Positions 20,247-30,659 of a stretch of 64,000 bases of DNA are shown here, piece by piece; within the stretch, counting starts at the first letter, position 1; each line of letters starts with the position of its first letter. Both the position numbers and the translations under genes were made by a program. The stretch is from an uncultured Lachnospiraceae bacterium (GTDB taxonomy: Bacteria > Bacillota > Clostridia > Lachnospirales > Lachnospiraceae). The notes under the pieces were generated by a model, which made no database searches, was not told the DNA's origin, and worked only from the letters and a program-made list of their open reading frames with translations. The DNA lies in contig CAMNSD010000017.1 of assembly GCA_946554445.1 (NCBI GenBank), positions 20,615 to 84,614 of the forward strand. Direction: 5' to 3'.

Positions 20247-21626
20247 ATGAAAAAGAAGTTACTCAGCGTATTGTTATGTACGGCCATGTTGACGACTGTA
20301 CTGGCCGGCTGTGGTTCCGGCGGTGATGCTGGCAGTACACCTGCGGCAGAAACACCCGCAGCAGAGGCACCGGCAGCGGAGTCAGCTACGGCAGAGGAAC
20401 CTGAAGCAGAAGCGCCCGCAGCGGAGGCATCTTCTTCCGAGGAGGCAGAGATTTATATGTTCATTTCTTCTCCGGAGTATGCGGATGCGATCAACACATT
20501 GATTGACGAGTACAAAAATGTGGCGCCGAACGTAACGATTAACTATGAAACTACACAGAATGACTATCCGACACTCTTGAAAGCAAAACTGAATTCCGGA
20601 GAAGTGCCTGATATTTTCTCTTCCACATCTGGTAAAGAGATTGATGTGTACAAAGAGTATTCATTTGACTTAAGTGGTCAAGCATTAGAGACTACCATGC
20701 AACCTGCGGTGGCGGCTATGATGGCGTCTCCTGAAGACGGTGCAGGTCTCTATGGTATCGCGATCAAGGGTAACTACTTTGGTATGATTTACAACAAAGC
20801 TATTTTTGAAGAATGTGGCATTGCAGAGTTCCCGCAGACCGTAAGTGAGATGGAAGCAGCCTGCGAGAAGATTTCCGCAGCAGGTTACAAGCCCTTTACC
20901 ACCGGTTTCAACGAGTGGTGGGTGTTCAAACATGTATGGCAGCACTTCCTGGATGCAGCAGCAGCCAATGCAGGCATCTCTTCTGCAGAACTGGTAGCGA
21001 AGTTTGAAAAAGGTGAGGCAAAGGTTGCCGATTATCCGGAATTGTACAACAATTTCTTTAACTTTATTGATCTGGCAGTGAAATATGGCGATGACAAGCC
21101 GCTTGAGACTGCTCTGGACGGCGAACTTTCCGCATTTGGCACAGGCAAGGCTGCCATGGTATTAGGACAGGGCGCATGGGTAGAGGCAGACTTGCTGGCG
21201 ATCGATCCTAACCTGCAGATTGGATTTAACGGCTATCCGGTATCAGATGATGCCGCACAGTGTCAGGTAATCGCAGGATCCGACCAGGCCCTTCGTATTT
21301 CCGCAGACTCTGATGCTTTACAGGCAACACTTGATTTCGTGAACTGGTGGTATACTTCCGATTACGGCAAGGCATGGTTCACAGATGTGGCCGGTGTAGT
21401 ACCGCCTGTTGTATCTGATGTGGAGAGTACCTTTGAAGTTGTGAAACAGGGTGATGCGCTGAGTGCGTCCAAAGGCGCAGCAGATCTGTCCATCTGCTAT
21501 TCCACAGACAGCTGGCATCAGACCTTTGGTGAAATCATGCAGTCTTACATCTCCGGTGCGGCAGACAAAGATGCATCCTGCGCACAGATTGAGGAGCAGT
21601 GGGCAGCGATTGATGGGGCAAACTAG
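20247..21626 (+). CDS. Sugar ABC transporter substrate-binding lipoprotein
   Basis: Lipobox VLAGC, Ala/Glu/Pro linker, SBP family 1 fold motifs. Confidence 0.92.
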   Translation: MKKKLLSVLLCTAMLTTVLAGCGSGGDAGSTPAAETPAAEAPAAESATAEEPEAEAPAAEASSSEEAEIYMFISSPEYADAINTLIDEYKNVAPNVTINYETTQNDYPTLLKAKLNSGEVPDIFSSTSGKEIDVYKEYSFDLSGQALETTMQPAVAAMMASPEDGAGLYGIAIKGNYFGMIYNKAIFEECGIAEFPQTVSEMEAACEKISAAGYKPFTTGFNEWWVFKHVWQHFLDAAAANAGISSAELVAKFEKGEAKVADYPELYNNFFNFIDLAVKYGDDKPLETALDGELSAFGTGKAAMVLGQGAWVEADLLAIDPNLQIGFNGYPVSDDAAQCQVIAGSDQALRISADSDALQATLDFVNWWYTSDYGKAWFTDVAGVVPPVVSDVESTFEVVKQGDALSASKGAADLSICYSTDSWHQTFGEIMQSYISGAADKDASCAQIEEQWAAIDGAN

Positions 21627-22076
21627 GAGTGGATTAAGAGGTAATACACAAACTGGGTAATACATTAGTATAATGCATTACAATACACTAACGATAGGGA
21701 AAGGCTGCTGTCTTAAAGTGGGCGCCGGAGAGCGTGGCAACGGAGGATGGTGGGCCTTTTTCTATGCGGAACTGTTATGAAAATCTGGCTAAAATACTAG
21801 TTCAGGGATGTGATGGAGTGCCGCCCGGCCGGGCTGACGGAGAATTTTCCATCCGTTCTGGCGTCACTCATGCAAAAATATAATAATTTATACCCTGGCA
21901 TCCATGTCATATTTACAAAAATAGTGTGTACAGGCCATTTTATGTGTATAATGGAGGATAAGATAAGCAGGGCATTCTGTTTGAAATGACAGGAGTGTTA
22001 TGATGATTGACTTATATGGTCAAGTATGTTTGGGGATTTAATAATAAAAATATTATAGGAAAAAGGAGGAAAACAC

Positions 22077-24395
22077 ATGAAATTTACAGAAGGCTATTGG
22101 CTGCGCAGTGAGCGGGTTACGGCTTCTTATGCATCGCAGGGATTCTATGCATCGAAGACGGAGCAGGGGATGCGTATTGTGGCGCCGGAGCGGAAGATTT
22201 TAAGCCGTGCGGACGCGCAGAATATTTCTACGATCACCATTGATTTTATTGCTTTTGCCGAGAACAATATTCTGGTAAAAGCGAGGCATTATGAGGCTTA
22301 TGAGGATGGGGAAGCAAGGTTTGACTTAATTGGTCAAGAGGTGCCTTTTGAGGTGCAGATCACGGAAGACGAGGCTGTGATGGTCAGCGGCGCCGTGACG
22401 GTGCGTTTTGACAGAAAAGAAGGCACCTACTGTTTCGAAGCGGATGGTAAAGTGATCACAGGATGTGGGTTCCGCAATCTGGGATATATCCGCTATGACA
22501 AACAGCCGAGTACCATGTTCCCCCAGGAGAATTATCTTTCCGAGCGACACACTCCTTATATGGTCACGGAACTTTCTTTAAAGGCGGGCGAGCGGGTTTA
22601 CGGCCTGGGCGAGCAGTTTACCTCTTTTACTAAGAATGGACAAGTGGTGGAGATGTGGAATGAGGACGGCGGCACTTCCTCCCAGGTGGCTTATAAGACA
22701 GTGCCTTTCTATATGACCAATGAAGGCTACGGTATTTTTGTGGATCACAGTACGCCCGTATCCTTTGAGGTGGCCAGCGAGAAGGTGGAATATGTGGGCT
22801 TTTCCGTGCCGGGAGAAGAACTGCGATACCACTTCATCTATGGGCCGACGCCCAAGGATGTGCTGGTCAGATATACGGATATGGCGGGCAAACCGGCCCT
22901 GCCGCCGGCATGGTCTTTCGGACTATGGCTGACCACATCCTTTACCACCAAATATGATGAGCAGACGACTAGTTCCTTTATTGATGGGATGGCTGAGCGC
23001 AATATCCCCCTGCGGGTGTTCCATTTTGACTGTTACTGGATGAAGGCGCTTCACTGGTGTGACTTTGAGTGGGACGATGAGACGTTTTCTGATGTAAAGG
23101 CTATGTTAACGCGTTATAAGGAGGAGAAGGGGTTAAAGATCTGTGTCTGGATCAATCCTTATATTGCGCAGGGCACGCCTTTCTTTAGAGAAGGTATGGA
23201 AAAAGGATACTTTGTGATGCGTAAGGATGGCAGGGGTGCCAAACAGGTGGATTTTTGGAATCCCGGTATTGCCCTGGTAGATTTTACCAATCCGGAGGCG
23301 AAGGACTGGTATGTAGGGAAGCTGCGAACCTTGTTGGATATGGGAGCGGACTGTTTTAAGACCGATTTTGGCGAGCGGATTCCTATTGATGTATCTTATC
23401 ATAATGGGGCGGATCCATTAAGTATGCACAATTATTATGCATATCTCTATAACAAGGCCGTTTTTGACCTGTTAAAAGAGGAAAAAGGCGAGGGAGAGGC
23501 AGTACTTTTTGCCAGAAGCGCCACGGCTGGCTGTCAGCAGTTCCCAGTACACTGGGGCGGGGACTGTTCCGCATCCTATCCTTCCATGGCGGAGACACTG
23601 CGGGGCGGCTTGAGCTTTGCCATGAGCGGTTTCTCTTTCTGGAGTCATGATATTTCAGGATTTGAGAAGACAGCGTCCCCGGACATTTATAAAAGGTGGC
23701 TGCAGTTCGGCATCTTCTCTTCCCACAGCAGACTGCACGGTTCCCAGAGTTACCGGGTGCCCTGGTTGTTTGATGAGGAAGCCTGTGATGTGGTCAGATA
23801 TTTTGTCAGTCTGAAATGCCGGCTGATGCCTTACCTGTACGGACAGGCGGTGTATTCCCATAAGACCGGTATTCCCATGATGCGTCCCATGGTCCTGGAA
23901 TTTCCGGATCGGATGGGTATGAAAGACCTGGACATGCAGTATATGCTGGGAGACGCTATCCTAGTTGCGCCGATTTTCAGGGAGGACGGCGTAGGAGAAT
24001 ATTATCTGCCGGAAGGCGAGTGGACACATCTGATCAGCGGAGAGACAAGAGAGGGCGGCAGATGGTACCGCGAGACTTACGACTACTTCTCGTTACCGGT
24101 GTTTGTGCGGAATAACACCCTTTTACCCATGGGAAGCAATGAGAATCTTCCGGACTATGACTACACAGAAGGCCTGAAACTTCACCTATATGCACTGGAT
24201 GACGGCGCTGAGGCAGTTTGCCAGATCCCGGATCTCACAGGCAAAGTTGTGATGACAGCCAAAGTATCCCGCCATGGCAGCACCGTCACCTTCCAGACCG
24301 ACCGTCCGGAGAAAAAGCCCAAACTTATCATCCACAACATGGCCGAGGTCACTCAGATAGATGGGGATGTGCAGGTAGAGCGGAAGGAAATATAA
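22077..24395 (+). CDS. yicI: Alpha-xylosidase, GH31 YicI family
   Basis: MKFTEGYW start, FHFDCYWM, CFKTDFGERIP nucleophile motif, WSHDISGF, SHSRLHG. Confidence 0.92.
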   Translation: MKFTEGYWLRSERVTASYASQGFYASKTEQGMRIVAPERKILSRADAQNISTITIDFIAFAENNILVKARHYEAYEDGEARFDLIGQEVPFEVQITEDEAVMVSGAVTVRFDRKEGTYCFEADGKVITGCGFRNLGYIRYDKQPSTMFPQENYLSERHTPYMVTELSLKAGERVYGLGEQFTSFTKNGQVVEMWNEDGGTSSQVAYKTVPFYMTNEGYGIFVDHSTPVSFEVASEKVEYVGFSVPGEELRYHFIYGPTPKDVLVRYTDMAGKPALPPAWSFGLWLTTSFTTKYDEQTTSSFIDGMAERNIPLRVFHFDCYWMKALHWCDFEWDDETFSDVKAMLTRYKEEKGLKICVWINPYIAQGTPFFREGMEKGYFVMRKDGRGAKQVDFWNPGIALVDFTNPEAKDWYVGKLRTLLDMGADCFKTDFGERIPIDVSYHNGADPLSMHNYYAYLYNKAVFDLLKEEKGEGEAVLFARSATAGCQQFPVHWGGDCSASYPSMAETLRGGLSFAMSGFSFWSHDISGFEKTASPDIYKRWLQFGIFSSHSRLHGSQSYRVPWLFDEEACDVVRYFVSLKCRLMPYLYGQAVYSHKTGIPMMRPMVLEFPDRMGMKDLDMQYMLGDAILVAPIFREDGVGEYYLPEGEWTHLISGETREGGRWYRETYDYFSLPVFVRNNTLLPMGSNENLPDYDYTEGLKLHLYALDDGAEAVCQIPDLTGKVVMTAKVSRHGSTVTFQTDRPEKKPKLIIHNMAEVTQIDGDVQVERKEI

Positions 24396-24497
24396 AATTT
24401 TTAACAAATTTTACTTAAAAACAGTTTAAAAAAAGAAAAAAGTATGGTATTCTTTCTGTTAAAAGGAACTAATTTAATTCCATAGGAGAGGAAAACC

Positions 24498-26735
24498 ATG
24501 ATAACCTATCACGAGAAAGAACGTATTTTTAAACTGGATACACCGAACACCAGCTATCTGATCGGTATTGTAGATGAAGAGAATTTTCTTGGCCACATTT
24601 ATTACGGAAAGCGACTTGCGGATGCGGATGCGTCTTATTTGCTCAGGACACAGGAACCTCCCTATGTGCCCAGCCGAAATAACAGGGAACGAGGGGCATT
24701 TTATGACTGTTTCCCCTTTGAATATCCCACCGGGGGGACGGGCGACTACAGGGAATGCTGCCTGAATATACGTACAGCCGGCGGTCATACAGGTTCCATG
24801 CTTTCTTATGTATCCCATGAGATCATGGATGGGAAGCCTGCATTGCCGGGCTTGCCGGCGACTTTTAGCACGCCGGAAGAATGCAAGACGCTGAAACTTA
24901 CCTGCGAGGACAAATATGTGGGAATGCAGGTGGAACTTTTATACACGGCCTTTTCTGACATTGATGTCATAACCAGGAGTGTCAGAGTCGTGAACACTGG
25001 GAAAGAGCATTTTTATTTGGCGAAGGTCTATTCGGCCTGTCTCGACATGGATAACCGTGATTATGAGATGATCAGCCTGCATGGAAGTTGGTCCAGGGAG
25101 CGCCATATACAGAGAAAACCGTTGGGCTATGGCATTCAGAATGTGAGTTCTTTCCGGGGAGAGTCCAGTCATCAGGATCATCCCTTCCTGGCGCTGGTGG
25201 ATCGCCATACAACCCAGGAGCACGGGGAGGTGTACGCAATGAATTTTGTGTATTCCGGCAATTTCTGTGCTCAGGCGGAGGTGTCGCAGTTTAACTATGT
25301 GCGCATGAGCATGGGAATCCATCAGGAGAATTTCTGTTGGAAACTGGAACCGGGAGAGAGTTTCCAGGCGCCGGAGGCAGTGATGGTCTATACGGATCAG
25401 GGCCTGGATGCCATGACAAACACCTTCCACAGGCTTTACCGGAAACATCTGCTGCGCGGTAAGTATAAGGATATGAAACGTCCCGTCCTCATCAACAATT
25501 GGGAAGCCACTTATTTTGATTTCAATACGGAGAAAATCCTCGATATCGCGCGGGAGGCTTCCAAGCTGGGAATCGAGATGCTTGTCATGGACGATGGGTG
25601 GTTTGGAAATCGGCATTTTGACGGCTGTGCCCTGGGAGACTGGATTGTTAATGAGGAGAAAATAAGCGGCGGGCTGGCGCATTTGGTGGAGGAGATCAAT
25701 AAACTGGGCATGAAATTCGGCATTTGGTTCGAGCCGGAAATGGTATCGCCGGATTCAGACTTGTACAGGGAGCATCCGGACTGGGCTATTGCCATTCCGG
25801 GCAGACCAGGCACGGAGTCGAGGCAGCAGTATGTATTGGACTTATCCAGGGAAGAGGTACTGGATCACATTTATGGGATGATGGCCGCTGTGCTGAAAAG
25901 CGCCAATGTGGAATATGTGAAGTGGGATATGAACCGGCAGCTTTCGGATATCGGAAGTACTGCGCTGCCTGCAGACCGACAGGGAGAACTGTATCACAGA
26001 TATGTGTTGGCGGTGTATGAGATGCAGAACAGGCTGATCCGCGATTTCCCGGATCTGTTGTTGGAAAACTGCTCCAGCGGCGGAGGGCGTTTCGATCCCG
26101 GCATGCTGTATTACAGTCCTCAGATCTGGTGTTCCGATGATGCGGACGCCATAGAACGTCTGGCCATACAGGAGGGTACAGCCCTTCTCTATCCGCTCTC
26201 GACCATGGGAGCGCATGTGTCGGACTGCCCCAATCATGTGGTGGGCAGGACCACGCCTTTTGATACGAGGGCGGCCATAGCGCTGGCGGGAACTTTTGGT
26301 TATGAACTGGATGTCACAAAGATACCGGAAGCAGACAGGGAAAAAATACCGAAACAGGTGGCAATGTATCATCAGTACAATGACCTGATCCGGGAGGGAG
26401 ATTACTACCGTATTGCTTCCTATTCCCAGAATCATATGTATGACTGTTGGCAGGTGGTCAGCGAGGACCAAAAAGAGTCTCTGGTGACTTTTGTACAGGT
26501 ATTGACCAGGGCCAATTACAAGTCAAGACGCATTCTGCTGAAAGGACTGGCAGGAAATATACGTTATAAGGTATGCGTAGAGGATGAAAAGGAAGAAAGC
26601 GGGGAAGTGCCGGTATACAGCGGCGATACTTTAATGAAGGCGGGAATCCTGGTGGCGGAGATGCCGGGAGATTTCCAGGCCAAATTACTTCATTTGACTG
26701 CCGTGGAAAATGGAGAGAAAGGTATGGGCTGCTGA
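24498..26735 (+). CDS. Alpha-galactosidase, GH36
   Basis: INNWEATYF, VMDDGWFG, FGIWFEPEM, YVKWDMNR, CSSGGGRFD, WCSDDAD. Confidence 0.96.
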   Translation: MITYHEKERIFKLDTPNTSYLIGIVDEENFLGHIYYGKRLADADASYLLRTQEPPYVPSRNNRERGAFYDCFPFEYPTGGTGDYRECCLNIRTAGGHTGSMLSYVSHEIMDGKPALPGLPATFSTPEECKTLKLTCEDKYVGMQVELLYTAFSDIDVITRSVRVVNTGKEHFYLAKVYSACLDMDNRDYEMISLHGSWSRERHIQRKPLGYGIQNVSSFRGESSHQDHPFLALVDRHTTQEHGEVYAMNFVYSGNFCAQAEVSQFNYVRMSMGIHQENFCWKLEPGESFQAPEAVMVYTDQGLDAMTNTFHRLYRKHLLRGKYKDMKRPVLINNWEATYFDFNTEKILDIAREASKLGIEMLVMDDGWFGNRHFDGCALGDWIVNEEKISGGLAHLVEEINKLGMKFGIWFEPEMVSPDSDLYREHPDWAIAIPGRPGTESRQQYVLDLSREEVLDHIYGMMAAVLKSANVEYVKWDMNRQLSDIGSTALPADRQGELYHRYVLAVYEMQNRLIRDFPDLLLENCSSGGGRFDPGMLYYSPQIWCSDDADAIERLAIQEGTALLYPLSTMGAHVSDCPNHVVGRTTPFDTRAAIALAGTFGYELDVTKIPEADREKIPKQVAMYHQYNDLIREGDYYRIASYSQNHMYDCWQVVSEDQKESLVTFVQVLTRANYKSRRILLKGLAGNIRYKVCVEDEKEESGEVPVYSGDTLMKAGILVAEMPGDFQAKLLHLTAVENGEKGMGC

Positions 26736-26736
26736 T

Positions 26737-27759
26737 ATGATAAAGTCGGTGAGATTAGCAGATATTGCGGAAAAAACAGGTGTCAGTGTAGTGACGGTAT
26801 CGAAAGCGCTGGCAGGAAAAAAAGGCGTCAGTGAAGAATTGCGGGCACAGATTCGGATGACCGCGGATGAGATGGGTTACAGGCCGGTTCACACGGTACA
26901 GGGGAAAAAGTCTAAGTCGTATACGGTCGGTGTCGTAACGTTTGAACGTCTTTTTAATGAGACAGCCTCCTTTTACTGGAAGATGTATCAGGGATTGACC
27001 ATGCAGACGGTGAAACAAAACTGTTTTATGATGCTGGAGGTAATAGCTATCGCTGACGAGGAGCGCCTGATGCGTCCCAAACTGCTTGACGAGGAGCGGG
27101 TGGACGGTTTGATCGTCATCGGAAAGCCTGAGCGGGAATATTTAAAGATGCTGTATCAGAATAAAAATTTTCCCATGGTGTTCCTGGACTTTTATGATGA
27201 TGAACTGATTGTGGACTCCGTGATATCAGAAGGATATTACGGCATGTACCGAATGACGGAATACTTGATTCAAAGAGGCCATGAAAAAATCGCTTTTGTG
27301 GGAATGCTCATGTATACGGAAAGCATTACGGACCGCTATTTTGGATATAGCAAGGCGCTTTTGGAACATGGCATAGCACAGCGGCCTGAATGGATCATAG
27401 ATGACAGAAATGCTGAGGATGGCTGTATGGGGCTGCCTTATCGGATATCTTTGCCAAAGGACAATATGCCGACTGCATTTGTTTGTAATAATGATGTGAC
27501 TGCATATGCCTTGATCAGACAGTTAAAGGAAGAAGGATACCGGGTGCCGGAGGATATCTCTGTAGTTGGTTACGATGATTATCTTCATGTGGACCTGGGG
27601 GAGTCCAGGATCACCACTTATGCGGTCGATATTGAGAGAATGACGCAGACTGCTTTGGAAGTGCTGCTTGGGCGGATTGCTGATGGCATGACGGATGCCA
27701 GGGTGCATGTGGTGAGCGGCAGATTGGTGGAGCGTAAGTCGGTAAAAAGAATAAATTAA
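26737..27759 (+). CDS. LacI family transcriptional regulator
   Basis: N-terminal HTH LADIAEKTGVSVVTVSKAL; FVCNND, VPEDISVVGYDD. Confidence 0.95.
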   Translation: MIKSVRLADIAEKTGVSVVTVSKALAGKKGVSEELRAQIRMTADEMGYRPVHTVQGKKSKSYTVGVVTFERLFNETASFYWKMYQGLTMQTVKQNCFMMLEVIAIADEERLMRPKLLDEERVDGLIVIGKPEREYLKMLYQNKNFPMVFLDFYDDELIVDSVISEGYYGMYRMTEYLIQRGHEKIAFVGMLMYTESITDRYFGYSKALLEHGIAQRPEWIIDDRNAEDGCMGLPYRISLPKDNMPTAFVCNNDVTAYALIRQLKEEGYRVPEDISVVGYDDYLHVDLGESRITTYAVDIERMTQTALEVLLGRIADGMTDARVHVVSGRLVERKSVKRIN

Positions 27760-27784
27760 TAAAGGAAGAAAAGACGGACAGCAG

Positions 27785-28711
27785 TCATAGGACCGGTGTT
27801 TCCCTGCGATAGACAGAAGGGGAGACGCCGGTTTTTTCTTTGAAAAGCCGGATAAAGTGGTTGGTGTTGTCGATGCCTACAGCCTGACCGATGGCGCCTA
27901 TTTTTTCGTGGGTATAGAGAAGAAGTTCTTTTGCTTTGTTAATGCGGACCTTATTCAGATATTGCAGCGGGGTATCCAGGTAATAGCGGGAAAACTGCCT
28001 GATCAGGGTGAATTTGTTCACATGGTATCTGGAGGCAAGGTCATCCAGGGAATACTGTTCCTGATACGCCGTGTCGAAGCTTTTCTTGATTTCCGCGATG
28101 TAGGCGGGTACATGATAAGAGCCTGACTGCTGCAGGGAATTGGAAAGGCATAACTGTATATAAAATGCGATTAGTTCGTGGGAACGCATCAGGCTGTGTG
28201 CCTCATCGTCCTCTTTTATTTTCAAAAAGTGTTCCCACGCAGGGAATGCATCCGTATTTTTATCTAGGTGAAAAACGCAGTTTCCGGAAAATGTCAGTTT
28301 TTGATAAAAATAGGCACTTATGGGCGTGGTGACAAAACAAACAGTGTATTCCCAAATGTTGTGTAGACAGATTAGTTTATGTGCTGTTCGACAGTCGATG
28401 AAGGCCAGCGTGCCGGGTAAAAGTTCCTGAAAATTTTCCAGGGGGGGGGGTAAAATATTTTCTTGGAAAAAGAGTCTTCCGGCGCCTTTGTGGGTATAGA
28501 GCAGACAGAAAGCGTCAAGTCCGGCAGCTTCATAGGAAAAGGGAGAAGTGACGGAAACGGTGCCCTTACTTAGCAGGAGCGGCAGGGTATTGCAAAAATC
28601 GTGAGATCTGTCATATACATTCAAGAAATAGTCGGAGAAAGAAAAATGACTGTTGGTCTCGGAAGAGATGAGGCTGTTATAAAATTCGGAGGCAAAGTAG
28701 GAATCTGACAT
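27785..28711 (-). CDS. AraC family transcriptional regulator containing a C10 tract
   Basis: C-terminal AraC HTH (LDDLASRYHVNKF...YLNKVRINKAKELL...HFIRLFKEKTGVSP). Confidence 0.92.
   Translation of the reverse strand: MSDSYFASEFYNSLISSETNSHFSFSDYFLNVYDRSHDFCNTLPLLLSKGTVSVTSPFSYEAAGLDAFCLLYTHKGAGRLFFQENILPPPLENFQELLPGTLAFIDCRTAHKLICLHNIWEYTVCFVTTPISAYFYQKLTFSGNCVFHLDKNTDAFPAWEHFLKIKEDDEAHSLMRSHELIAFYIQLCLSNSLQQSGSYHVPAYIAEIKKSFDTAYQEQYSLDDLASRYHVNKFTLIRQFSRYYLDTPLQYLNKVRINKAKELLLYTHEKIGAIGQAVGIDNTNHFIRLFKEKTGVSPSVYRRETPVL
28441..28450. repeat. Homopolymer G10 (C10 on coding strand)
   Basis: Ten consecutive G, encoding L-PPP-L in the AraC gene. Confidence 0.9.
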
Positions 28712-29139
28712 GTGGGATATCCTTTCTTGCTGGTGTGAAAAATACTGGGGTTACATTCCGGTTCATGAAAGAAATTACCTTTATATGAAAGCATCTTTTG
28801 ATACCTCAATTTATTAGCTAAATGAAGAAAGCTAATATTGATTAAAAATAGTATATGTTAAAAAGAAACAAAAATCAATAAGAGAAAATAAAGTTAAAAT
28901 GTATATATGATATAAAATAAAGAAGATAGTAATATTAAGTAAATTTGGAAATAAAATTGGTCAATATGTACAAAAATAATATTAAAAATTAGTATAAATA
29001 GAGGAAATAACGGAAATAGTCAATAATTGATTATAAATGCAAATAAAAGATAGTGACTAAATAATTAACTTAAAATAAAATAAAAATAGTTTAACAAATA
29101 AAGCTGTTAAACAAAAAACAAATTACGGGAGGACTTAAT

Positions 29140-30585
29140 ATGAAATGTAAAAGACTTATGGCACTTGGATTGACAGCGGTGCTGGCGATGTCTACAGTGG
29201 CGTGCGGCGGTTCTGATAATGCCGGGACGAGCGCACCGGATGCAGCGGCAGATAATGAGGCGGAAGCGACGGCGCCTGATGCTGCAGGCGAGGAAGCGGC
29301 GGACGGGGAGAACGGGGCAGCAGGCGTTCCGACCATCGATGCGATCACAGTGGGAGAGGACTACAAAGATCTGCAGGCTTCTATCAAGGTGCTGACCAAC
29401 AGGACAGATATTGTGGATACGGTCTATAAAGGATATGCCGAGCAGTTCATGCAACTGTATCCGAATATCAAAGTGGAATATGAAGGCATTACCGACTATG
29501 AAGAGTCCGTAACCCTTCGTCTTACCGCAGGCGACTGGGGCGACATCATGTTTATTCCCACTTCTGTAGCAAAGAATGAATTATCCACTTATTTTATGCC
29601 GCTGGGAGATTTCGCAGCAATGGACGGCACTTACAACTTCCTGGAAGAAAAATCCTTTGAAAATGTGGTTTATGGTATTGCCAACGGTGGTACTGCAAGC
29701 GGTATTGCCTACAACAAGAAAGTATGGGCAGATGCCGGCATCACCACAATGCCCAAGACGCCCGAAGAGTTTCTGGCGGATTTACAGCTCATCAAAGATA
29801 ATACCGATGCAGTTCCGCTCTATACGAATTTTGCGGCAGGCTGGACGATGGGCGCATGGGATGCTTATACGGATTGCGCGGCGACCGGCGATCCGGACTT
29901 CAAGAACAATATGGTACATATGAGCAATCCTTTCTCCAAGAGAGACGATATGACAGGCCCTTATGCAGTTTATTATATCCTTTATGAGGCAGTGGCACGG
30001 GGCCTGGTGGAAGAAGATCCGGCAAGTACGGACTGGGAGTCCTCCAAGGGTGCTATCAACAGGGGTGAAATTGCTACCATGGTACTCGGTTCCTGGTGTG
30101 TGGAGCAGTTTAAGGAAGCGGGCGAGAACCCGGACGACATCGGTTACATGCCTTTCCCGATCAGTGTGAATGGCAAGCAGTATGCAGGTTCTGGCGGTAA
30201 CTACTCCTTCGGTATCAATGTACAGGCATCTGATGAAAATAAGATTGCTTCTCTACTGTACATGAAGTGGCTGATCGAGGAGTCCACCATCTACTTGGAT
30301 GAGGGAAGTATCCCGGCCCGCAAGGATGGTGAATATCCTTCCGTTCTGGAGGCATTTGACGGCGTGGAACTCCTTTCCAACAGCCCGGCGCCCGAAGGTG
30401 AGGAAGATCTGTTTGATAACGTAAACAACGAAAGTGAAGTCGGCATCAACAATAACGATTATCCTGACTGTGAGATTCTGGAAGCGGCACTCTATGGCAC
30501 AAGAACATTAGATGACATCATGGATGAGTGGAACCAGAAATGGACTTCCGCACAGGAAGCACTGGGCGTAGAAGTGAATCAGTAA
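29140..30585 (+). CDS. Sugar ABC transporter substrate-binding lipoprotein
   Basis: Lipobox TVAC, acidic linker, SBP family 1 motifs. Confidence 0.92.
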   Translation: MKCKRLMALGLTAVLAMSTVACGGSDNAGTSAPDAAADNEAEATAPDAAGEEAADGENGAAGVPTIDAITVGEDYKDLQASIKVLTNRTDIVDTVYKGYAEQFMQLYPNIKVEYEGITDYEESVTLRLTAGDWGDIMFIPTSVAKNELSTYFMPLGDFAAMDGTYNFLEEKSFENVVYGIANGGTASGIAYNKKVWADAGITTMPKTPEEFLADLQLIKDNTDAVPLYTNFAAGWTMGAWDAYTDCAATGDPDFKNNMVHMSNPFSKRDDMTGPYAVYYILYEAVARGLVEEDPASTDWESSKGAINRGEIATMVLGSWCVEQFKEAGENPDDIGYMPFPISVNGKQYAGSGGNYSFGINVQASDENKIASLLYMKWLIEESTIYLDEGSIPARKDGEYPSVLEAFDGVELLSNSPAPEGEEDLFDNVNNESEVGINNNDYPDCEILEAALYGTRTLDDIMDEWNQKWTSAQEALGVEVNQ

Positions 30586-30659
30586 AGCAGTACTTACATC
30601 GCAAGGCGGATGGGAATCATCTGCCTTGTGATGATAAAAAGGGTGAAAAGGAGAGAACT

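Noticed and set aside
22000-22041. 13-codon ORF MMIDLYGQVCLGI with AGGAG upstream of yicI
   Set aside because: Very short, no following terminator or attenuator structure; cannot be told from chance
28712-29139. Very AT-rich gap as an origin or foreign DNA
   Set aside because: Normal divergent promoter region between AraC and SBP; no DnaA boxes seen; one gtttaaca/tgttaaac palindrome is only a weak operator candidate
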